Positions 9,257 through 17,654 of a DNA stretch of 64,000 nt are shown here, in pieces; position 1 is the first letter of the stretch, and each line of letters starts with the position of its first letter. Both the position numbers and the translations under genes were made by a program. A model generated the notes under the pieces. The model saw only the letters and a list, made by a program, of their open reading frames with translations, did not search any database and was not told where the DNA came from. Source of the stretch: Nanohaloarchaea archaeon B1-Br10_U2g21 (GTDB taxonomy: Archaea; Nanohalarchaeota; Nanosalinia; Nanosalinales; Nanosalinaceae); NCBI GenBank assembly GCA_001563915.1, contig LKMP01000002.1, positions 32,001-96,000 on the forward strand, given 5' to 3'.

Positions 9257-9697
9257 TTAGCCTAAAGTCCTTCTGATCTCTGCAACAGTTTCAACTGCCT
9301 CTACTGTATCTTCCAGTAGGTCAACTGTTTCTTTCGGCGATTCCTGAGGCTCAAAGCCAGCCATTAATAATCCGCTTGAATACTCGTTACTGTAAACATC
9401 GCAACTCACTTCTTCACTTTTAAGATGATTGATTGCCGAATAGACTGCTTCGGGGTTAAGATCATCAAGCTCTGTATTAGAACCAGAGGGTTCTCCTTCA
9501 GGAATGTTGACCGATAGCTCTTTTAGATTTTCTGCATCATCGTAACTCAAGGATGCGTTTGTAGAATCTTTCTCGTACTGGAAATATAATCCTTCACTAC
9601 TATGTTCGTCGAAGCTATATCCTCTTTCTTCTAACATAGCTTCGGCAGCATCTCCTTGTGGATCGGAAGGACGACAGCTCTTATCTTTTGTCATCAT
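9257..9697 (-). CDS. small acidic hypothetical protein
   Basis: 146 aa D/E-rich ORF, TTTAAA box ~25 bp upstream. Confidence 0.7.
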   Translation of the reverse strand: MMTKDKSCRPSDPQGDAAEAMLEERGYSFDEHSSEGLYFQYEKDSTNASLSYDDAENLKELSVNIPEGEPSGSNTELDDLNPEAVYSAINHLKSEEVSCDVYSNEYSSGLLMAGFEPQESPKETVDLLEDTVEAVETVAEIRRTLG

Positions 9698-9755
9698 ACA
9701 GTAACAATAGTTTGTAAGGTTTAAAAAAGTATTGCCTTATTCTTGCAAATACCGA

Positions 9756-9834
9756 GTTCAAATCTCATAAGAGCAATATTAGTTCAATAACCTGTTATCA
9801 AAACCTGATAAACTAAAATATTTGGTTTAGCCCC
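9756..9834. repeat. ~80-bp degenerate direct repeat, copy B (tRNA-Thr 3' end plus trailer)
   Basis: aligns with 8783-8862; contains TTATCA-N5-TGATAA inverted repeat. Confidence 0.85.
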
Positions 9835-9916
9835 GAGTGGGATTTGAACCCACGACCTGCTCCTATCTTGCTCATTGTTACAAGGGAGCTGCTCTGGCCA
9901 GCTGAGCTATCGAGGC
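9829..9916 (-). tRNA. tRNA-Thr(UGU) with 14-nt intron at 37/38 (9865-9878)
   Basis: GCCTCGA acceptor, GCTCC-CTTGTA^A-GGAGC anticodon arm, GTTCAAATC T loop; CTTG/CAAG helix with 3-nt bulges. Confidence 0.93.
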
Positions 9917-9974
9917 CTCTGTGTTAGAGAGATAAGGAAATTTTTATATGCAGCATAGTAGTTTGCACCGTTTT

Positions 9975-10283
9975 TTAGACATCTACGTTGTCTGGTGTTT
10001 CTTTGATTTCTTTTTCTGCTTTGTCTTTGATACGGTAGATGTTACTTGATCTATCGCAGTTTGGACAACTAATCCACCACGGCCTAGACCCCAGTTCTTC
10101 TTCATCTTTGAACTCATGGCCACAGTATGGGCATTTGATGACATACATGAACATTTCCATGTCATAGCTTGCTACTTTGGCGAAGCCTGTACTCTCTCCT
10201 TCATCGTTTTCTAGTTCTCTGTTGGTTGCGTATTCAATCTTGTCATAGTCTAGATCAAGGGTTACACTGGGTTCTTCTGCCAT
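9975..10283 (-). CDS. Zn-ribbon protein
   Basis: CPYC...CPNC. Confidence 0.75.
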   Translation of the reverse strand: MAEEPSVTLDLDYDKIEYATNRELENDEGESTGFAKVASYDMEMFMYVIKCPYCGHEFKDEEELGSRPWWISCPNCDRSSNIYRIKDKAEKEIKETPDNVDV

Positions 10284-10347
10284 CGTTTATACCACAAGAC
10301 TTGAATGGTACTGCAGCTTTTTTAACTATTGTATAAGCTTAGACTGT

Positions 10348-10818
10348 TTATCTGAAGACCTGTCTATAAACAACATCTACTTCGTTTTCATCGATTTCTA
10401 TGCCGATTTTTTGGTAGCCATCTACATTGACTGATTTGTCAATTTCAAAGACATCACTAGGTTCTGAAACTTCTTTAATTGACGGATTGTATTTTCTTAG
10501 TAGCTTAAGATCCCATTCGCGGCTTGAATTAATGACAACTAAGTCATAGCCTGAAGCAGTTGCTAGGAATGCCTTTGCTACATCCTCTCGTGTTTCCATT
10601 TTGATGTATGCTTTTTCATCAACTGGACTTCCACCCATTCCTTTCTTTGTTTCTTCATCTAATCTGTATTCTTTGATACCCGGAACTTTTTTGAGAAATT
10701 CTAAATCTTCTGTTTCAATTTGGATTCTGTTTCCCTCACGTTCTATTTCTTTGACTCTAGGCCTCAGATTTTTTTCTAATGCTTCAGGTTTTTCGGTAGG
10801 AATTACTTCTATTTTCAT
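10348..10818 (-). CDS. hypothetical protein
   Basis: 156-aa ORF with halophile-like composition. Confidence 0.7.
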   Translation of the reverse strand: MKIEVIPTEKPEALEKNLRPRVKEIEREGNRIQIETEDLEFLKKVPGIKEYRLDEETKKGMGGSPVDEKAYIKMETREDVAKAFLATASGYDLVVINSSREWDLKLLRKYNPSIKEVSEPSDVFEIDKSVNVDGYQKIGIEIDENEVDVVYRQVFR

Positions 10819-10872
10819 AGAGAGTTTTTACCGGTGAAGGTTTTTATTTAGAGTTCCATATATTGTATCTAT

Positions 10873-11154
10873 ATGGGCATTTTCGGCGAGGAGAACAATA
10901 AAAGTCAAAATAGCAATGACAGTGAGGAAGTGAAGATTTCTGCTCCTGAACCTGAAGACGAACCTTCTGATTTAAAGAAGGCTGTAGAGTCTAAATTTAG
11001 CTCTAGTCCTTCTAGAAAAAGCAGTATGAATAGTAGCGTTTCAGTAGATGACTTATATGAGCAGAACGAGAGGATAATTGAGTTATTAGAGACTATAGCT
11101 GACGATGACATAAATGATACCGGCCCTGGAGGCGGTTTGAATGGGGTACTATGA
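10873..11154 (+). CDS. small low-complexity protein with EQNERIIELLE helix
   Basis: ORF track; overlaps next gene. Confidence 0.7.
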   Translation: MGIFGEENNKSQNSNDSEEVKISAPEPEDEPSDLKKAVESKFSSSPSRKSSMNSSVSVDDLYEQNERIIELLETIADDDINDTGPGGGLNGVL

Positions 11155-11458
11155 TAACGTGAAGAACTCTGTACGTGATAAAGGCGGAAGTAGAAGTAAT
11201 GGTTTCAAGAAGCTGCGTGAAGAAGCTGAGAAGGAAACTGATGAAGAAGAACAAGATGATACTCCTATAGAAGTCTTGGAAGAAGGCTTGAAAGAACGAC
11301 CTTTTGAGCAAAAAAAGTCTCCTAGAAATACGGATAGTTCTGAAGACTCCGAGGTTTCAAGTTCTGCTGAAACTGAGTCTGAAGTGCTTGAAAAACTGGA
11401 TAAGCTTATTGAGCAGAATGATCGTATAATTAAAGTGCTTGAGAGTTTTGGAAATTAG
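11141..11458 (+). CDS. small acidic protein with EQNDRIIKVLE helix
   Basis: GGAGG-type SD upstream; shares C-terminal motif with preceding ORF. Confidence 0.7.
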   Translation: MGYYDNVKNSVRDKGGSRSNGFKKLREEAEKETDEEEQDDTPIEVLEEGLKERPFEQKKSPRNTDSSEDSEVSSSAETESEVLEKLDKLIEQNDRIIKVLESFGN

Positions 11459-11470
11459 GTTGAAATAATA

Positions 11471-11941
11471 CTATATTTCTTTTACCATCCTTTTTTGTTC
11501 AGCCTGAAATCCTTTTTTCTTGTATAATTGTTCTGCACTCGTATTCCTAACATTTACGTTTAGCTCTATGGTTTCACATCCTCTTTCACGAGCTTCTATC
11601 ACAGTTTTATCAAGTAATTCTGATGCTAGACCATTTCTTCTATAACTTTCTTTGATATATAACTCGTTTATCTTTGCATAACGTTCTTTTTGAAATACTG
11701 GCGCCGCCTGTCTAATTGCCATAGTTATGAACCCTACAGGATCTTCATCATTTTCTACTATCAATGTAAATGATTCATCATCCAGTATTTTCTCTTCTCT
11801 GTAAATTATACAGTCTCTTATATTCAATTCTTCGGAAAGAGCATTATCTGAAGAAACTCCTTCCATTTCCTTGGCTAAAGGCAACCACAATTCATGAGTA
11901 ATGAATTCTGCATCTGATGGCTTCGCTGCTCTAATCTCCAT
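11471..11941 (-). CDS. GNAT N-acetyltransferase
   Basis: YRRNGLAS acetyl-CoA motif, N..A..LYKKKGF. Confidence 0.9.
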   Translation of the reverse strand: MEIRAAKPSDAEFITHELWLPLAKEMEGVSSDNALSEELNIRDCIIYREEKILDDESFTLIVENDEDPVGFITMAIRQAAPVFQKERYAKINELYIKESYRRNGLASELLDKTVIEARERGCETIELNVNVRNTSAEQLYKKKGFQAEQKRMVKEI

Positions 11942-11957
11942 AAGGCAAAAATGAACC

Positions 11958-12233
11958 CTATACTATCTCTACAGTTATTTTTTCTCGGCCCTGAGTAGTT
12001 GTCTCTACGCTCTCTTTGAGCTCGATTTCAAGCCCCATCTTCTTGAACTCATCTGTTTGTAAAAATTCTAGCTCAAGTCTGTTGTCTTCAGTAGGTTCTA
12101 TGTCGACTTCTTCTTTTCCTCTAAAGCTGAGGCCTACTTCGCCTTCCCTAATCTTATCAGCAAAGTTTTCAAGGAAGTTGGCCAGTTCATTATTTGAAAA
12201 TTGGAAGTCTAGTTCCAGTTCTTTGCTTGACAT
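11958..12233 (-). CDS. amphi-Trp-like domain protein
   Basis: ELANFLENFADKIREGEV...LELE pattern. Confidence 0.6.
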   Translation of the reverse strand: MSSKELELDFQFSNNELANFLENFADKIREGEVGLSFRGKEEVDIEPTEDNRLELEFLQTDEFKKMGLEIELKESVETTTQGREKITVEIV

Positions 12234-12287
12234 AATTAACTAGTTAAGGGTGAATAGTTTTATTTGTAAGGCCTTTTTTTGCGTTAA

Positions 12288-12557
12288 TTATTCAGCCATT
12301 AGTTTCTTTGATAGGAAGTGATCTTTTTCTTCAAGTTCACGAATAGCTTCTACTGCAAATAAGTAGGCAACGCCTATCATAAGCATTCCTAGTAGACCTG
12401 GCCCTATATCCACCATTTCTCTTACTGAATAGATTACTGAGAATACCATTAGCATTCCGAGTATGAAAAGCGTGAATGAAATTCCTATCTCTGCATTTGT
12501 AGAAAGTTTTGGAAGTCCAAAGATATCTTTTTCATCCACTTTTTCGGTATCTGCCAT
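12288..12557 (-). CDS. 2-TM small membrane protein
   Basis: two hydrophobic helices. Confidence 0.7.
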   Translation of the reverse strand: MADTEKVDEKDIFGLPKLSTNAEIGISFTLFILGMLMVFSVIYSVREMVDIGPGLLGMLMIGVAYLFAVEAIRELEEKDHFLSKKLMAE

Positions 12558-12615
12558 TTTTTGTAATCCTCTTAAACCTAAATTTACCGAGACCGGATTT
12601 AAATGTTTCCAGAGT

Positions 12616-12999
12616 TTATTTCAGGTCTTGTATGTTTATGTCTCTACTGTCAGGCGAAAAAGCCGATGGTAGATGAATATGATATACTCCTTCAGACTTC
12701 TGGATTACTAGAGGCATTTCTTCTAGCAATCGCGTGACATTGATGTTATACACTCCTTCTTCTTCTACACTAATCGAGTCGATGTCGAACTCAAACCTAA
12801 TATTTGCTCTTGTAGCCTCTCCTTCAGCTACCATTTCTTCAATATCGTCTGCAACCTTTTCTCGTTCTTGTTCTAGTTCTTTCTCTGAGAGTTCTTCGGC
12901 TTCATACATAAAAAGCGATGATCCGCACTCACATCCGTCTATAATCTGGTCTGAGTTGTCTTCATAGACTTCTCCGCAGTTCATGCATCTGTGGGGCAT
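12616..12999 (-). CDS. oapC: DUF2072 Zn-ribbon protein (OapC)
   Basis: MPHRCMNCG...GCECG..FMY; SI.V.EEGVY.IN; third gene of the oap operon. Confidence 0.85.
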   Translation of the reverse strand: MPHRCMNCGEVYEDNSDQIIDGCECGSSLFMYEAEELSEKELEQEREKVADDIEEMVAEGEATRANIRFEFDIDSISVEEEGVYNINVTRLLEEMPLVIQKSEGVYHIHLPSAFSPDSRDINIQDLK

Positions 13000-13053
13000 T
13001 TAAAATCCGCCTCTGCGAGTATTTGGTATAGATAAGTCTAGATTTTTGTACAT
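13000..13053 (-). CDS. 17-aa mini-ORF exactly filling the oapB-oapC gap
   Basis: TAA|ATG...TAA|ATG junctions; MYKNLDLSIPNTRRGGF. Confidence 0.35.
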   Translation of the reverse strand: MYKNLDLSIPNTRRGGF

Positions 13054-13440
13054 TTATTCTACCTCATCAAGTTTTGCGAGGAACGAGACTGAATCTCTTT
13101 CCTCTTTAATTTTTTCCATTACTCTGGAGTTTCCCACAATTGTGAGACCATCACGGTACTCTTCATTCAGTATTTTATCATAGAAAAGCGATTTTACCTT
13201 GTTTATCCGAGTTGAAGAACTATCTAAGCCTAAGAATTCTACTCCTGGAAAATCGTCATCAATTTCTTCCATAGAGTTCTGTATAAGCATTCTTTTTTCT
13301 TCAGGAGTCCATCCTTCTTCCAATACTAGCACGGCATTATCCTTTACTTTTTCCAGTACTGTTTCCAGTTTTTCTTCAAAGTTCCCCCCGCTTAATTTAT
13401 CTCTGGACAAGAACTCAATTGTGACTCCATCATCAGTCAT
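13054..13440 (-). CDS. oapB: DUF2073 protein (OapB)
   Basis: VLEEGWTPEE..LI...M.EI..DFPGVE; GLTIVG. Confidence 0.85.
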   Translation of the reverse strand: MTDDGVTIEFLSRDKLSGGNFEEKLETVLEKVKDNAVLVLEEGWTPEEKRMLIQNSMEEIDDDFPGVEFLGLDSSSTRINKVKSLFYDKILNEEYRDGLTIVGNSRVMEKIKEERDSVSFLAKLDEVE

Positions 13441-14069
13441 TATCCTAACCTTTCGATTATTTCCTCATAAAGCTTGTCGATGTTTTTACCCTCCTTTGCC
13501 GAAATTTCCAGTACAGGATGCTGAGGGAACGCGTCTCTCACTCTTGAAGGATCTGAATCTTCCAAATCAACTTTGTTCGCTAACACAAGTATTGGAATAT
13601 CTTTAGCCTCTAGATTTCCAATAATTGTTACGTTGACCTGTGTATAAGGGTCTTCAGTAGAATCAAATATAACCAGGCACGCATCTACATCATCGAGATA
13701 TTTTATAGCTTCTACAATCCCTTTTGTGGCTTCTTTAGCTCGACCTTTAGCTTCATCCTCATCCACACCATGTTCTGTGAAATCCTTAAAATCCACGTTA
13801 GTAGATATTCCAGGCATGTCAAGGAGATTCAAGTCCAAGGTACGGCCATCATCAGATTCAATAGTAACTTTTTCCTTTTTTTCAACTACACGAGTTTCAT
13901 GAGGTACTTCTGACACATTACTCATATCTTCCCCAGTAAGATCATTAGAAATATGATTCGCGAGAGTAGATTTTCCTGCATTAGGAGGTCCGTATATCCC
14001 TATACTAATATCCTCTTTTTCCGACTCGCTGAAAAGACTGTTGAAAAACTGTTTCAGGCGATTAATCAT
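13440..14069 (-). CDS. oapA: Era-like GTP-binding protein (OapA)
   Basis: GIYGPPNAGKST, HETR, DMPG, NKVD, SAK; EATKGIVEAIK. Confidence 0.9.
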   Translation of the reverse strand: MINRLKQFFNSLFSESEKEDISIGIYGPPNAGKSTLANHISNDLTGEDMSNVSEVPHETRVVEKKEKVTIESDDGRTLDLNLLDMPGISTNVDFKDFTEHGVDEDEAKGRAKEATKGIVEAIKYLDDVDACLVIFDSTEDPYTQVNVTIIGNLEAKDIPILVLANKVDLEDSDPSRVRDAFPQHPVLEISAKEGKNIDKLYEEIIERLG

Positions 14070-14170
14070 TTTGACACCGCGTAATGATAACTCCGAAGGC
14101 CAAGTATAAAAACTATGCGCATTTCAAAGCCCTCCGATATTAAAACTTGGGGTCAGCACACTTTTCGTAT

Positions 14171-14605
14171 ATGCCTGAGGAAAAAGGAGTGATAGTAGCA
14201 GTATTCGACGAAAAAGACCGCGTCGCCGTCCTCAAACGTAAAAAGAACTGGGAAGGATGGGAGCTAGTTAAAGGACATCTTGAAGAAAACTATGAAGAAA
14301 CAGTAATCCAAGAGATAAAAGAAGAAGCAGGCCTCAATTCCGAACTGATTGACTCTATAAAGGACTTACAATATACAGCAGAGTGGAGTTACAAAGATGA
14401 TGGAGATGAAATACTGCGAAAGTATAAAGCTTATGCAGTGAAAGTCTCAGGAACACCTGTCATCCGCACTTCCAACAACCCTTCCGATGAACATGAACAT
14501 GGCTTCTTCCTAAATCCTCGTGATGTCAAAGAGATGGTTGAATATGACAATAACCGGAAGATAATTGAAAAAGCCTGTAAAGAATTAGGCATAGATTCAA
14601 ATTAG
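14171..14605 (+). CDS. NUDIX hydrolase
   Basis: WELVKGHLEE..EETVIQEIKEEAG Nudix box; ATG at 14171 preferred. Confidence 0.85.
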   Translation: MPEEKGVIVAVFDEKDRVAVLKRKKNWEGWELVKGHLEENYEETVIQEIKEEAGLNSELIDSIKDLQYTAEWSYKDDGDEILRKYKAYAVKVSGTPVIRTSNNPSDEHEHGFFLNPRDVKEMVEYDNNRKIIEKACKELGIDSN

Positions 14606-14626
14606 CCTCTGAGAAAATTCTTTTCC

Positions 14627-14875
14627 ATGACTAACCCTAAAGAAATGTTGGAAGTTTACCAGTTCGAAGGCTGTCCCTTCTGCAGAAAAGTAAGACAAAA
14701 AATGACAGAGCTAGGACTTGACTTTATAGCTAGACAGGTAGACTCTGAGGACCGTACAAGAGTAGAAAAAGTATCCGGTCAGAGTAACGTACCTGTGCTT
14801 GTAGATCCTAATAATGATACAGTTATGCCTGAATCAGATGATATAGTAGAATATTTGGAAGAGCATTACAGTTAA
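14627..14875 (+). CDS. glutaredoxin / GST-N domain protein
   Basis: CPFC, VPVLVD, ESDDIVEYL. Confidence 0.9.
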   Translation: MTNPKEMLEVYQFEGCPFCRKVRQKMTELGLDFIARQVDSEDRTRVEKVSGQSNVPVLVDPNNDTVMPESDDIVEYLEEHYS

Positions 14876-15414
14876 ACTACACCCATATTGAAGAGATCAA
14901 TGACTGGTTCAAATTCTTCATCAATACTATAGATCTCAGACTGTGTTACTGTAACACCTTCACATATTATTTTTCCAGTTTCTTTCATACTTCCAAGTCT
15001 ACCAGGCTCTGATACTGCTTCAACAAGTTCTCCCCATAAAAAAGCACCAGTAGTATTCTCCCAAATCTCCTTTAACGTCTTCAACTCACCGCAAGGCTCA
15101 ATATAGGCCTCTGTATCCACCCTATATCCAAGCTTCTCGAAATAGCACGCATTTTGAACTGCTTTATCAACATTACTACTGTAAGCTGTTAAAAGATTCT
15201 CAACATCCAGACTTTCCCGATAACTTACCTCCACTACTTTCAAATCTCTAGCATTATTAGGACTAGACAGTAAAAGTCCCACTTGGCCTTCAACCTCATG
15301 CTGAGGCACTTCTCCCTCTAAAATCCCGGGATAACTTTCTTCTATCCCAAGCACCTCATAACCTTGCTGTTCATACTCTTCAGCGAGCTTTTCCAATTTT
15401 TCATATCTGCGCAC
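14872..15414 (-). CDS. hypothetical protein
   Basis: 180-aa acidic ORF. Confidence 0.6.
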   Translation of the reverse strand: MRRYEKLEKLAEEYEQQGYEVLGIEESYPGILEGEVPQHEVEGQVGLLLSSPNNARDLKVVEVSYRESLDVENLLTAYSSNVDKAVQNACYFEKLGYRVDTEAYIEPCGELKTLKEIWENTTGAFLWGELVEAVSEPGRLGSMKETGKIICEGVTVTQSEIYSIDEEFEPVIDLFNMGVV

Positions 15415-15518
15415 AGCAAAACATAGATTAAAGTTAAACAGTTAAATGAACAAAAAAGTTTTTCAGAATCTCATAATTATTCTCTGAAACAATCTTTCGA
15501 AGCAGACAAAAGTAGAAG

Positions 15519-15593
15519 TGGACCGGGCCAGATTTGAACTGGCGATCTCCACGTTATCAGCGTGGCGCTATAACCTGGCTAAGCTACCGGTCC
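15519..15593 (-). tRNA. tRNA-Ile(GAU)
   Basis: GGACCGG acceptor, CCACG-CTGATAA-CGTGG, GTTCAAATC. Confidence 0.95.
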
Positions 15594-15678
15594 GTAAATA
15601 TTGGTTTGACTGGAAAGTGTTTTTAATGCAACGGAGTGCAACTCACGATTTTTATTCAAATACTTCCCTAATATCAAT

Positions 15679-16146
15679 ATGGGAGATATGGAATCAGAAA
15701 TCAGCCGTATTGAACAAAGTTTCGAGGCCTCGATTCCGCGCAACAAAAGATCTGACGCCAAAGTTTTTATGGACCAGTTCATGCCTTTGGCTTTGATACT
15801 TTTAGGTTCTCTCGTAACTTTCCATTTCTTTATACCTGTAGACAGATGGATTTCTGATGTTGTCAACTTGGTCAATTTAGGTCTTGTACTTTTCTTTGGA
15901 CTGCGGTTGGGTCTTGCTTTTAGCCTAGCAGATTCTCATAAAAAATTCTTGGAGCAGCACTGGTTTGATGCATTGTTAGTTATCCCTGCGCTTGCCATAC
16001 TTAGAGAGGCCAGACTTCTACTATTACTTGAGGCTGAGACAGAAGAACAGGCCTATCTAGGATTCCTGTTTGCAAGGAACACAACTATTGCTGGACAAAT
16101 TACTAAGATGTATGCTTGGGGTCGAAGAATATTGCGGCTTTCTTGA
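15679..16146 (+). CDS. membrane protein resembling ion-channel S1-S4 (voltage-sensor-like) domain
   Basis: FLEQHWFDALLVIP...LREARLL pattern; no pore loop visible. Confidence 0.6.
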   Translation: MGDMESEISRIEQSFEASIPRNKRSDAKVFMDQFMPLALILLGSLVTFHFFIPVDRWISDVVNLVNLGLVLFFGLRLGLAFSLADSHKKFLEQHWFDALLVIPALAILREARLLLLLEAETEEQAYLGFLFARNTTIAGQITKMYAWGRRILRLS

Positions 16147-16151
16147 AAAAG

Positions 16152-16286
16152 TGGGCTCGACGGGATTTGAACCCGCGACTACCAGGTATCCCCTCATGAA
16201 ACGCCGAGTTTTTCTAGATCTTTATCCTCCTAGAAATTAGAGGTCTGTTAAGAGCCTGGTGCTCTGCCGGGCTGAGCTACGAGCCC
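16152..16286 (-). tRNA. tRNA-Lys(CUU) with 61-nt intron at 37/38 (16188-16248)
   Basis: GGGCTCG acceptor, CCAGG-CTCTTA^A-CCTGG, GGTTCAAATCC. Confidence 0.92.
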
Positions 16287-16459
16287 TGTTATTTTTACCT
16301 ATGGAAAAAAGAGAGGTCTTATGATTTATACGATGTTCTTGTAATCTATAATTTTTCTTTTAAGCTTCTATTTCAAAAAAACTGAGCAGTTTTTTAGTAG
16401 TATAGTGAAAAATCTAACAGAAATAAATGGGGAGAGAAAATAAAAAAATTTTTCTGTAT

Positions 16460-17011
16460 CTACCGGAGCTCGGTCTTTCTAATCTCTAGCTCTCTGAACG
16501 GATAGATTTTTTCAGCTCTTTCTCGGAACTCTTTCTGAACGTTGTCCATGAAAATGTTCTCCATGAACTCTTCATAGGTCTGTTGAGAAGCATTTTCTTC
16601 AACTACTTCTTCTATCTCTCTTCTAACTGCTTTCATTGCTTTATTGGAGGCTTTTCTAAGTGTTGCTCCGACTACTTTTACTCTGACAGTTTTTCCATCT
16701 TTGGTCTCAAAATCTCTGACCATGTCAAATCTATCAGTATCAGACCTAATCATACGAGATACAAACTGTGAGGAGCATTCCATAGAATCTATCTCTGTGA
16801 ATGCTTTATTACCTTCTACATCTGTTACTCTTAGCGTTACATCCGCATAGTATTTGTCGCTGCTTTCTAATAAGTCATTTAGGCCTTCTTTAATTGTTCG
16901 ACCGATTACTTGTGATTCTTTTTCTGCTGGTGTCTCGGTTACGATATCTACATCGAATATATCTGGTGCTTGGATTTCATACCAGTTTTTCTGTAAAACT
17001 GCTTTAGCCAT
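16460..17011 (-). CDS. rps3ae: 30S ribosomal protein S3Ae (eS1)
   Basis: KNWYEIQAPDIF, IGRTI, KIYPFRELEIRKTE. Confidence 0.93.
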   Translation of the reverse strand: MAKAVLQKNWYEIQAPDIFDVDIVTETPAEKESQVIGRTIKEGLNDLLESSDKYYADVTLRVTDVEGNKAFTEIDSMECSSQFVSRMIRSDTDRFDMVRDFETKDGKTVRVKVVGATLRKASNKAMKAVRREIEEVVEENASQQTYEEFMENIFMDNVQKEFRERAEKIYPFRELEIRKTELR

Positions 17012-17064
17012 ACGTCAAGTTCAAAATCAAAACTTTATAAACGGTTGTAGTTTTTAGCAATAGC

Positions 17065-17592
17065 TTAATTCAAAATTTCTAATATTAAGTCAGTTTGATC
17101 CGAATATTCTAATTCTGACCACTCTTCTTCTTGTATATTTGGGGACTTAACCTTGACTTCTTTCAAGTTTGAAGATACTTCTTGTTCTCGTGTAGGCGGA
17201 GCCACCACGTTAACTGCATCTAATGGAATAAAGCTAATTCTATAACCATAGAAACCAGCATGTTCTCTTTCATCAAGAGAATCTAGCGAATCTTCTCTGT
17301 GATAATTTAGAACTCGGTTTAAGTTAGCTTCAGCTATAATGAAATCATCAGTATTTAATGGCAGATAAGGTTGTATCTTTTCCGGGCTATCTCCCCATTG
17401 GGCCGGCATTTCTTCATCGTACTTGAGTTTATCACTATATTTATCTTGGTAATCTCTAAAACCTTCGTCTTGTACTACTTTATCTATCATGTCTGAAAAA
17501 TTATGTACGTCTAGCGTTTCTCTTCTTTTCCTATATTTTTTAGGTTCCAGAGAACCTCCAACAGATAAAACTCGGTATAGGTTTTCAGACAT
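17065..17592 (-). CDS. hypothetical protein
   Basis: 175-aa ORF between recJ-like and rps3ae. Confidence 0.6.
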   Translation of the reverse strand: MSENLYRVLSVGGSLEPKKYRKRRETLDVHNFSDMIDKVVQDEGFRDYQDKYSDKLKYDEEMPAQWGDSPEKIQPYLPLNTDDFIIAEANLNRVLNYHREDSLDSLDEREHAGFYGYRISFIPLDAVNVVAPPTREQEVSSNLKEVKVKSPNIQEEEWSELEYSDQTDLILEILN

Positions 17593-17654
17593 TAATCCTA
17601 CTATAATAACACAACTATAAAAATGTTGTTAGATGGTGGTAGTGAATAAATAAG

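Noticed and set aside
12616-14170. Replication origin next to oapABC
   Set aside because: Upstream intergenic region is only ~100 bp with no ORB-like repeats; cdc6 is ~11 kb away
15518-15875. ORFs 15518-15796 (+) and 15579-15875 (-)
   Set aside because: Overlap tRNA-Ile and the 15679-16146 gene; spurious
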